From Mycoplasma mycoides subsp. capri (GTDB lineage Bacteria; Bacillota_I; Bacilli_A; Mycoplasmatales; Mycoplasmataceae), in NCBI RefSeq assembly GCF_018389705.1, contig NZ_CP065581.1, forward strand, positions 930,001 through 962,000: DNA of 32,000 nt. Reading direction: 5' to 3'. Both the position numbers and the translations under genes were made by a program. Position 1 is the stretch's first letter; the number at the start of each line of letters is the position of its first letter. Below are positions 22,345 to 32,000 of the stretch, one piece after another. The notes under the pieces were generated by a model. The model did not search any database, had not been told where the DNA came from, and saw only the letters and a program-made list of their open reading frames with translations.

Positions 22345-23814
22345 CTAATCATTTGATTCTTTGTTATCTTCTTTTTTCTTTTTGTTTTTTAGTTTTAAGA
22401 AGAATAATTTTAGTTTTGAAGGATGTTTAATTTCGATTTCATCTTCTTCATACAAACTAGGATCCATTTCGTATTTTTGACCTTGCATAACAGCCATAAC
22501 TGCTTTTTGGTGTTCTAGTGTAGCTTTTACAATTTTTTCTCTATCTAGTTTTGGGTTAACAATTATTAAAACAACAGCTAGAATTAAAGTTAAAATAGTT
22601 ATGATTAATGAAGCAATTACTAAAGCAGATGCCAATTTGAATTTTAGTCCATGTTCTTTTAAAAGTTCATCAAAGAATTTATTAATATCAAGATCAGTTT
22701 TACTAGTTAATCCTATTAAAAATACTTTTCAAGAAGCTTTAAATTTTTCAATTGAAGTAAATTCATATAAATTAATTGTTAAACCTATAAAAAACATAAT
22801 AAAGAAAATTATAGGAAATAATGGAATACGATATTTTTCTCTAGGATTTGAAAGAGTTTTTTTAGTATATGTACAAATTAAAATTGCTGGAATCATATAA
22901 ATTAAAATCGGCAATCCAAAAGCTCTTTTAAACATTAAAGTTATTTGAGAAATTCCAAGTGGTCAAGATTTTAAAATTTCTTTATCTCCATTTTTAATTA
23001 ATTGATCTCAAGATTTACTTTGTTCAATAATTGAAGCATATGTACTACTACTAATATCAATTGTTGTATATGATAAATATAATAAACTTGAAGCTAATAA
23101 AATTGTTGAAATAACTGCTAAAACACATAAAGCTATTTTTAAATAAGGCATAAATTTAGGTTTACCTTTATAAGGATAAAATCTTGGATCTTGACTTGGT
23201 AAAACTGGTAAATCTGCATTATTTAAATTAGCAAACATATTAGGATTAAAAGAATTTAAAAAATCAGCTTGTTGATTAGATTGATTTTGATCATTTACTT
23301 GATTTTCTACAACTGGTTCTTCACTCATTATTGTTGCTGTTTTTTGTGTATTTTCACTAGTTTTTTGTTCTTTTAATTGTTCTTGTTTTGATAGTCTTGA
23401 TTCAATTTTACTAATAGCTTGATCAGTTAAAATAGCATTTTGATTAATGATTTCTTCACTAATTTGTTCATTTTCACTAACTAATTTACTTTTAACAACT
23501 TTAAATTCTTTAACTATATATGAAACTAATTGTTTATAATTAGTTTCAATTTGTTCTATAGTAATCTCATCATTTACTTCAAAACGTTGTTTAGTAGTTG
23601 GTTTTGTAATTAAAATAAAAGCCTTTGCAAAAGTTTTAGCAAATACTTTATCATCTAAACTTTGATTATGATTAGTTTCTAAAGTTAAAATATCATTAAT
23701 TAAATTTAAATACTTTAACTTAAATTCTTCATTTTTTAAAATAAAATATTTAAGTTTGTCTGTTTTTAAAATATTTAAACTTAAATTAAGTAATTTTAAA
23801 TACAATTCTTTCAT
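22345..23814 (-). CDS. Uncharacterised multi-pass membrane protein with long cytosolic N-terminal region (489 aa)
   Basis: Fragments 22345..22635, 22729..22935 and 23008..23814 are in one frame, joined by TGA-Trp. N-terminal helical domain, low-complexity linker (NQVNDQNQSNQQADFLNSFNPNMFANLNN), then several TM segments and a charged lysine-rich tail. Confidence 0.8.
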
Positions 23815-23816
23815 TC

Positions 23817-24767
23817 TTATCCTTTCATGTTTTTTATAAGCATATATTCAACAAGTGTTTTTTTATTAATATTTCAATTAATAATTCCTTTATAAATTTT
23901 ATAAACTATCTTAATTTTATCATTTAATGTGTTAATATCATAAGAATTATTAACAGCTAATTTTACTCTATAAATATGAGATTTTAAAATAGTTGAAATT
24001 TGTTCTTCACTTTTAAATTGTTTTTTTAAAATAACTACATCTCTATAAAAACTTAAATTAGTATCAATTAAACTTATAAGACCAATAATATCATCATTTA
24101 ATAAAATATAATCATGATAAAGTTTAATAAATTTATCAATATTATTATTAATAAAAGCATCAACTAATTTGAAAATATCTTCATTATGATACTTATTTAA
24201 ATTAGTTTTAATAATCTCTATATTAAGTTCAGATTTTAAATTAGCTAATTTATTAATTTCATTAGTAATTATTTGTAAATCATTTGGTAATAAATTATAT
24301 ATTTGATTAGCTAAATTTATGTCAATAATTTTATTTTTAGACTTTAAATAGTCGATTATATATTTAATAGTTTGTTTTTCATCTCATAATGATAAGTGTT
24401 TAACATTAAAATTAGATTCAATGTACTTTGCTATTTTTAGTTTTTTAGAAAATTTATTAGAATTTAAAGTAAAAATGATTATGTTATTAGGATTAAAGTT
24501 TTTTAACATTATTTCTAACTTATTTAAACTATAGTTTTTATTAAAATTAGTTTTTATTTCAGTTACAAAATAAGCATCACTAATTACAATAATTGATTTA
24601 GGATTAAAAAAATTTAAATTAGTAACATTATCATAAATAATATTAAAATCATCTTCAATTAAAGAAAAACTTAAAACATCATACTGATCTTTTTGTTGTA
24701 ATTCTTTAATAGTTTTTTTAGTTTGATTATTTAATAAAAATATATCTTCAGAATAAAAAAAATACAT
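23817..24767 (-). CDS. holA: DNA polymerase III delta subunit HolA-like (316 aa)
   Basis: MYFFYSEDIFLLNNQTKKTIKELQ.. matches the diverged mollicute HolA N-terminus pattern (Y..ed.fl...), FFNPKSIIVISDAYF, NIIIFTLNSNK. RBS AGAAG favours ATG at 24767 over the GTG at 24776 in the ORF track. Confidence 0.7.
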
Positions 24768-24977
24768 TAAAATCACTTCTATCTATAGTTATATTTTAAA
24801 CTATTAAAAATATTAATTTTACTTAATATTAATTGTTTAATTTAATAAAATTTTTAATTTAGTTAGGATACTTTTATTTTTATAATTTTTTAAAAATATA
24901 AGTTTAATATTTAATCAAAATGATATAGCTAAAATAAAAACTAAGTATAGTGATAAAATAAAAAAGTAGATGATATT

Positions 24978-25005
24978 AAAAACCAGAAGAAAATTCTGGG
25001 TTTTT
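24978..25005 (+). terminator. Terminator-like hairpin in the uvrB leader (possible attenuator)
   Basis: AAAAACCAGAA-GAAAA-TTCTGGGTTTTTG: 6-bp GC-containing stem extendable by A:T pairs with a bulged G, then T5, ending ~17 nt before the uvrB ATG. Confidence 0.45.
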
Positions 25006-25021
25006 GTTATGGGAGAAAGTA

Positions 25022-27019
25022 ATGTTTATAGCAAATAATAAGTACAAACTAGTAACTAAATATAAACCTTCAGGTGATCAAAATCAAGCTATAGAAAAAT
25101 TAAATAAAGGAATTATAGAAAATAAAAAACACCAAGTGTTATTAGGAGCAACAGGTACTGGAAAAACTTTTACAATAGCAAATATTATTGCAAAACATAA
25201 TAAACAAGCTTTAGTAATTGCACATAATAAAACTTTAGCAATGCAGCTTTATTATGAATTAAAAGAAATGTTTCCAGAAAATAGAGTTGAATATTTTGTT
25301 TCAAACTTTGATTTTTTTCAACCAGAAGCTTATATTCCTTCAAAAGATTTATATATTGATAAAGATTCTAGACAAAATATGGAATTAGATATGATGCGTT
25401 TAAGTGCTTGTAATGCTTTATTAACAAGAAATGATACTATAGTAGTAGCTAGTGTTGCTGCTTTATTTGCTTTACAAAATCCATTAGAGTATTCTTCAGC
25501 TTTTATTGAATTAAAAGTTGGTCAAAAAATTAAAAGAAATGAATTACTAACTTGACTAGTAAGATCTGGATATACTAGAAATGATATTGAAAATCAATTA
25601 GGAAGTTTTTCAGCAAAAGGTGATGTTGTTAAAATTGTTCCTGGTTGAGTAAATAATATTATGTTTAGAATTTCATTATTTGATGATGAAATAGAAAGTA
25701 TTCATACTTTAAATACAATTACAAATTCTATTTTAGATAATATTACAACTGTTACTATTCATCCTGCTCAATCATATATAACTCCACAAGACAAATTAAA
25801 AACAATTTGTAATAATATTAGAAATGAATTAGTTCAAAGATTAGCTGAATTACAATCAGAAAACAAACTTTTAGAAGCTCAAAGATTAGAACAAAGAACT
25901 AAATATGATCTTGAATCCCTTGAAGAATTTGGCTTTTGTAGTGGAATTGAAAATTATTCTTCGCATTTAGATTTTAGATCTAAAGGACAAAGACCATATG
26001 TTTTATTAGATTATTTTAATAATGATTTTATAACTATAGTTGATGAATCTCATATCACACTTCCTCAAATTAGAGGAATGTATAACACTGATAGATCAAG
26101 AAAACTAACTCTAGTTGAATATGGTTTTAGACTACCATCAGCTTTAGATAATCGTCCTTTAAATTTTGATGAATTTAATAGTTTAATTAAACAAGTAATT
26201 TATACTTCAGCAACACCTGGAGATTATGAACTAGATTTAGTTAATCATCAAGTAGTTCAACAAATTATTCGTCCAACTGGACTATTAGATCCACAAATTG
26301 AAATAAGAAAAACAACCAATCAAATTGATGATATTATTAATGAAATTCATTTAAGAAAATTACAAAATGAACGTGTATTTATTACTACTTTAACTATTAG
26401 AATGAGTGAAGATTTAACTGCTTTTTTACAAGAAAAAAACATTAAAGTTGCTTATTTACATTCAGAATTAAAAACTCTAGAACGTAGTGAAATTTTAAAT
26501 GATCTAAGAAAGGGAGTTTATGATGTTGTTGTTGGAGTTAACTTATTAAGAGAAGGATTAGATTTACCTGAAGTTAGTTTAGTATGTATTTTAGATGCAG
26601 ATAAACAAGGTTTTTTAAGAAATTACCGTTCTTTAATTCAAACTATTGGTCGTGTTGCTAGAAATGTTAATGGTAAAGCTATTATGTATGCTGATACTGT
26701 TAGTCAAGCAATGGATGAAGCAATTAAAGAAACTAATAGAAGAAGAAAAATCCAAGAAGAATTTAATAAAAAATACAATATTGTTCCAAAAACTATTTCA
26801 AAAGCTATTAGTGAATCTATTTTAAGTGAACAAACTAAAAAAACATTAGCTAAAGCTAAAAAAATTAAAGATAAAAAACAAAAACTTCAAACCATTCAAC
26901 AAACTATTGATACTTTACGTCAAGAAATGTTACAAGCTGCAAAAGAACTTGATTTTGAAAGAGCAGCAATTTTAAGAGATACAATTATTGAATTAGAAAA
27001 TGAAAAAAATACAAATTAG
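25022..27019 (+). CDS. uvrB: Excinuclease ABC subunit B (665 aa)
   Basis: Fragments 25004..25555 and 25661..27019 in one frame; [13 protein letters not shown] Walker [36 protein letters not shown]-terminal UVR domain. RBS GGGAGAAAG before ATG 25022. Confidence 0.97.
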
Positions 27020-27027
27020 GAGAAAAC

Positions 27028-29868
27028 ATGTCAACAGATAAAATTATTATAAAAGGTGCTAGAGAACATAATTTAAAAAATATTGATTTAGAACTTCCTA
27101 AAAATAAATTAATTGTTTTTACAGGCTTAAGTGGGTCTGGAAAGTCTTCATTAGCTTTTTCAACAATTTATCAAGAAGGAAGAAGAAGATATATTGAATC
27201 ACTTTCTGCTTATGCTAGACAATTTTTAGGTGGTAATGAAAAACCTGATGTTGATTCTATTGAAGGTTTATCTCCTGCAATTTCTATTGATCAAAAAACT
27301 ACAAGTCATAATCCTAGATCAACTGTTGGGACTGTTACTGAAATTTATGATTATTTACGTTTATTATATGCAAGAATTGGTCAACCTTATTGTATTAATA
27401 ATCATGGTCAAATTAAAGCAGTAAGTATTAAAGAAATTGTTGAAAATATTAAACAATCAACTAGTGATGGTGAACAAATTCATATTTTATCTCCTGTAAT
27501 TAGAGATAAAAAAGGAACTCATATTGATATTTTAGAAAAACTAAGAAATGATGGGTTTATTAGAGTTATTGTTGATGATCAATTAAGAATGCTAGATGAT
27601 CAAATTAATTTAGAAAAAAATCAAAGACATAATATAGATATAGTTGTTGATAGAATTATTTATCATAATAATGATGAAATTAATTCAAGAATATTTACAG
27701 CTGTTGAAATGGGATTAAAATATTCAAATAACTTAATTAAAATTGCATTTCCAAATTCTAATAAACAAGAAAAATTATTTTCAACTTCTTTTTCATGTAA
27801 AGTTTGTGATTTTGTAGTTCCAGAACTTGAACCTAGATTATTTTCATTTAATGCTCCACTTGGTGCTTGTGAATTATGTAATGGATTAGGTGTTAGTTTA
27901 GAACCAGATATAAATTTAATTCTTCCTGATTTAAAATTATCAATTAATCAAGGTGGGGTTGTTTATTATAAAAATTTTATGCATACAAAAAATATAGAAT
28001 GACAAAAATTTAGAATTTTATGTGATTATTACTATATTGATCTAAACACTCCTTTAAAAGATTTGACTCAAAAACAAAGAGATATAATTTTATGAGGAAG
28101 TGATCGAGAAATTGATATTAAAATTGTTACTGAAAATAATAATAAATATGAAAAATATGATTTTATTGAGGGTAATGCAGCTTTAATCAAGAGAAGATAT
28201 TTTGAATCTAAATCAGAAGAAGCCAGAAAATGATATTCAAAATTTATGTCTTCTAAAATATGCAAGCAATGTAAAGGAAGTAGATTAAATGACATTGCTT
28301 TATCTGTAAAAATTAATGAAAAATCTATATTTGATTATACTAATATGAGTATTTCTGAACAATTAGATTTTTTATTAAACATTGATTTAACTCCAACTCA
28401 AGCTACGATTGCAAAATTAGTTCTAGATGAAATTATTTCAAGAACTAACTTTTTAAATGAAGTTGGATTAGGATATTTAAATCTATCAAGAACAGCTACA
28501 ACTTTAAGTGGTGGAGAATCTCAAAGAATTAGATTAGCTAAACAAATTGGATCTCAATTAACTGGAATTTTATATGTTTTAGATGAACCATCAATTGGAT
28601 TACATCAAAAAGATAATGATAAATTAATTAGAACTTTAAAACATTTAAGAGATCTAGGAAATACTTTAATTGTTGTTGAGCATGATGAAGATACAATGAA
28701 AAGTAGCGATTGGATTGTTGATATTGGCCCTAGAGCTGGAGAATTTGGTGGAGAAATTACTTTTAGTGGAACATATCAAGATATTTTAAAATCAGATACT
28801 ATTACTGGTAGATATTTATCAAGAAAAGAAGGTATAGTAGTTCCTAAAACTAGACGCGGGGGTAATGGTAAAAAAATTGAAATTATTGGAGCTAGTGAAA
28901 ATAATTTAAAAAATATTAATGTAACTATTCCTTTAAATAAATTTATAACTATTACAGGTGTTAGTGGATCTGGAAAATCAACTTTACTAGAAGATATTGT
29001 TTATAAAGGAATTCATAATAATTTATCAAAAGAATATTTACCAATTGGAAAAGTTAAAGAAATTAAAGGTATAGAAAATATTAATAAAGCTATTTATATT
29101 TCTCAAGAACCAATTGGAAAAACTCCAAGAAGTAACCCAGCAACTTATACTTCAGTTTTTGATGATATTAGAGATTTATTTACTAATCTTCCAGAAGCAA
29201 AAATTAGAGGTTATAAAAAAGGTAGATTTTCATTTAATGTAGCTGGTGGTAGATGTGAACATTGTCAAGGTGATGGAGTAATTACAATTTCTATGCAATT
29301 TATGCCAAGTGTTGAAGTTGTTTGTGAAATTTGTGAAGGTAAAAGATATAATGATGAAACTCTAACAGTTAAATATAAAAATAAATCAATTGCTGATGTT
29401 TTAAATATGAGTGTTAGTGAAGCTTATGTCTTTTTTGAAAATATACCTCAAATTAAACAAAAACTAGAAACTATTTTAGAAGTTGGTTTAGGTTATATTA
29501 AACTAGGGCAAAACGCTACAACTTTAAGTGGTGGTGAATCTCAAAGAATTAAATTATCTACTTACTTATTAAAAAAACAAACTGGAAATACTATGTTTTT
29601 ATTAGATGAACCAACAACTGGTTTACACGTTGATGATGTTAAAAGATTAATTGGTGTTTTAAATAAATTAGTTGATTTAGGAAATACAGTTTTATGTATT
29701 GAGCATAATCTAGACTTTATTAAAGTTTCAGATCATATTATTGATCTTGGTCCTGATGGTGGAGAGTATGGTGGTCAAGTTGTAGTAACTGGAACTCCAG
29801 AACAAATAATTAATCATCCAACTTCTTATACAGCTAAATACTTAAAAGATTACATAATTAATGATTAG
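27028..29868 (+). CDS. uvrA: Excinuclease ABC subunit A (946 aa)
   Basis: Two ORF fragments in one frame; TGLSGSGKSSLAF and TGVSGSGKSTLLED Walker A motifs, zinc-finger CxxC clusters (CKVC..CELC; CEHCQG..CEIC), LSGGESQRI signatures, VLDEPSIGLH. Confidence 0.98.
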
Positions 29869-30976
29869 TGTTGATCAAGAATTATTTCCTATAAATCAAA
29901 GATTAAATAAAGAAGTTGTTTTTGATAAAGTCTTAGATGAATTAAATCATCCAGAAAAATTTTTAAAAGTTATAAATGTAGTTGGAACTAATGGTAAAGG
30001 ATCTACTTCATTTTATTTATCAAAAGGTTTATTAAAAAAATATCAAAAAGTAGGGTTGTTTATTTCTCCAGCTTTTTTATATCAAAATGAAAGAATTCAA
30101 ATTAATAACATACCAATTAGTGATAATGATTTAAAAAATTATTTAGATAAAATTGATTACTTAATTAAAAAATATCAATTACATTTTTTTGAGATTTGAA
30201 CTTTAATTATGATCTTATATTTTAAAGATCAAAAAGTTGATATTGTTGTTTGTGAAGCTGGAATTGGTGGAATAAAAGATACTACTAGTTTTTTAACTAA
30301 TCAATTATTTAGTTTGTGTACTTCTATTTCATATGATCATATGGATTTATTAGGAAATAGTATTGATGAAATTATTTATAATAAAATTAATATAGCAAAA
30401 CCAAATACTAAGCTTTTTATAAGTTATGATAATTTAAAATACAAAGATAAAATTAATGAACAATTAATTAATAAAAATGTAGAACTAATTTATACAGATC
30501 TATATGAAGATCAAATTATTTATCAACAAGCAAATAAAGGATTAGTTAAAAAGGTATTAGAATATTTAAATATTTTTCAAACAGACATTTTTCAACTACA
30601 ACCACCACTAGGAAGATTTACAACAATTAGAACTTTTCCAAATCACATTATTATTGATGGAGCTCATAATGTTGATGGAATTAATAAATTAATTCAATCA
30701 GTTAAAATGTTAAATAAAGAATTTATTGTTTTATATGCAAGTATTAATACTAAAGAATATTTAAAATCACTAGAACTATTAGATCAAAATTTTAATGAGG
30801 TATATATATGTGAATTTAATTTTATAAAATCATGATCTATTGATAATATTGATCATAAAAACAAAATAAAAGATTGAAAAAAATTTTTAAAAAATAACAC
30901 AAAAAATATAATTATATGTGGAAGTTTATACTTTATACCTCTTGTATATAATTATTTAACTAATAATAAATTTTAA
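29861..30976 (+). CDS. folC: Folylpolyglutamate synthase / dihydrofolate synthase (371 aa)
   Basis: VVGTNGKGSTSFYLSKGLL, ERIQINNIPIS, VCEAGIGGIKDTTSF, SISYDHMDLLGNSIDEI, IIIDGAHNVDGINKL; starts inside the end of uvrA (8-nt overlap). Confidence 0.9.
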
Positions 30977-30992
30977 TAAAGAAGGTGTTTAT

Positions 30993-31667
30993 ATGGCATG
31001 AAATAGTTCTTCTGCCTATTGAATAACAACTGCTATTTTTGGTGTTTTACTAATTGGTATATGAATTTTAGGTTTGTGAATGGAAAAATTTAGCTTAAAA
31101 ACATTTACTATTAAAAACATAGCAATTATCGGTACTTTAGTAGCATTAAGTGTAATTTTATCTTATGTAGTTAATAGAAACTTTTTACAAATTTTAGGAA
31201 CAAGAATTACTTTAGGTTATTTTGTTAACTTTTTAATTGGAATGATTTTTGGACCACTTGCAGGAATACTTGCTGGAATTGCAACTGATTTAATTGGAAC
31301 AATGATAGTTGGTTCTGGTGGATGACATATTGGGTTTGTTTTTGCAAAATCAATGCTAGGATTTTTAGGATCATTAGTATTTTTATTTAAAAATAATAAG
31401 TATTGAGTAGCATTAATGATTTGATCTTATGCGATTGGCTTATTTTTAGTTATATTTATAATTCATCCTATTAGTTTTGTAACAGTTGGTGGACCTAGTT
31501 TAGCTATTGCTTATAGTGTAACTAAATTTATAGTTTATCCAGTTGAATTAGTTTTATATTCACTTTTAACTTATGCTTCAATAAGAGTGATTTATATTTT
31601 AATTAAAAAAGATTTAAATACAAAAAATAGACAATGAATATTAAGAAATGATGCTGTAATATTCTAA
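30993..31667 (+). CDS. folT: ECF transporter S component, folate-type (FolT-like, 224 aa)
   Basis: MAWNSSSAYWITTAIFGVLLIGIWILG.. then TLVALSVILSYVVNRNFLQILGTRITLGYFVNFLIGMIFGPLAGILAGIATDLIGTMIVGSGGWH; multi-pass. The folate assignment rests partly on adjacency to folC. The true start lies upstream of the ORF track's 31080 because of TGA-Trp codons. Confidence 0.75.
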
Positions 31668-31672
31668 TTGAT

Positions 31673-31697
31673 AAAAAGTGCTAGCAAGCACTTTTTT
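31673..31697 (+). terminator. Rho-independent terminator ending the uvrB-uvrA-folC-folT unit
   Basis: AAAAAGTGCT-AGCA-AGCACTTTTTT: 10-bp stem with T6 immediately after folT. Confidence 0.88.
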
Positions 31698-31749
31698 ATG
31701 TTTAAACATTAATATAGTAAAATTATATTAACGTTTAAAAGGAGATTAT

Positions 31750-32000
31750 ATGGAAAAATTTACCATAAAAGATCTAACTGATAATCTGAAATTTGAAATC
31801 ATTTCAGGACAAGATAAACTAGATACAGAAATTAAAAGTTATGGAATTAATAGAGCTGGATTAGAATTAGCTGATTATTTTAAACCTTTTAAAGATCAAA
31901 GTGAATGAAGAGCAACTTTAATGTCTACTAAAGAAAGTGGATATATGTTGCAATTTGATGAAAAAACTAAAATTAGAAAATATACTCAGTTAATGAAATG
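31750..32000 (+). CDS. hprK: HPr(Ser) kinase/phosphorylase (partial, runs off the right edge)
   Basis: GGAGATT RBS then MEKFTIKDLTDNLKFEIISGQDKLDTEIKSYGINRAGLELADYFKPFKDQSEW..; resembles the HprK N-terminal domain (..LISGEEGI..I...DLSRPGIEIAGYF). Confidence 0.82.

Noticed and set aside
22601-22900. Plus-strand ORF (99 aa) MINEAITKADANLN..
   Set aside because: Antisense to the 489-aa membrane protein; hydrophobic composition is explained by complement of TM-coding sequence.
24790-24977. Hidden gene in the holA/uvrB divergent gap
   Set aside because: No credible ORF or RNA fold was recognised; most likely divergent promoters.
27230-27424. Plus-strand ORF (64 aa) MVMKNLMLILLKVYLL.. within uvrA
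   Set aside because: Out-of-frame overlap of the highly conserved uvrA N-terminus.
28068-28295. Minus-strand ORF (75 aa) within uvrA
   Set aside because: Spans the in-frame TGA-Trp gap of uvrA; an artifact of using the wrong genetic code.

Overview
This window is a mollicute chromosome segment, most likely from the Mycoplasma mycoides/capricolum group or a close relative (inferred from codon usage and gene content; I could not run a search). It uses genetic code 4 (UGA = Trp), so the supplied ORF track breaks most genes into same-frame fragments. Rejoining fragments across in-frame TGA codons gives a dense set of intact genes. Minus strand, read right to left: holA and a 489-aa membrane protein; tRNA-Cys; tatD and an 86-aa membrane protein; prs; a decayed ssb-like pseudogene; pth, rplI and dnaB; a 437-aa lipoprotein; an ECF S component; cysS, a SpoU-family rRNA methyltransferase, rpmG, secE and nusG; then a ~1976-aa membrane-anchored PDxFFG-type protein with an HEYGHH putative zinc site, in apparent operon with oppA, oppB and oppC. 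Plus strand: uvrB, uvrA, folC, a folate-type ECF S component (folT), and hprK (partial). The best candidate for an under-described system is the giant HExxH/PDxFFG surface protein directly upstream of and apparently coupled to the oligopeptide importer, with a possible attenuator in its leader. Secondary items are the ssb-like pseudogene, a terminator-like hairpin just before uvrB, and uncharacterised membrane and lipoproteins. I saw no CRISPR array, IS element, prophage or restriction system.
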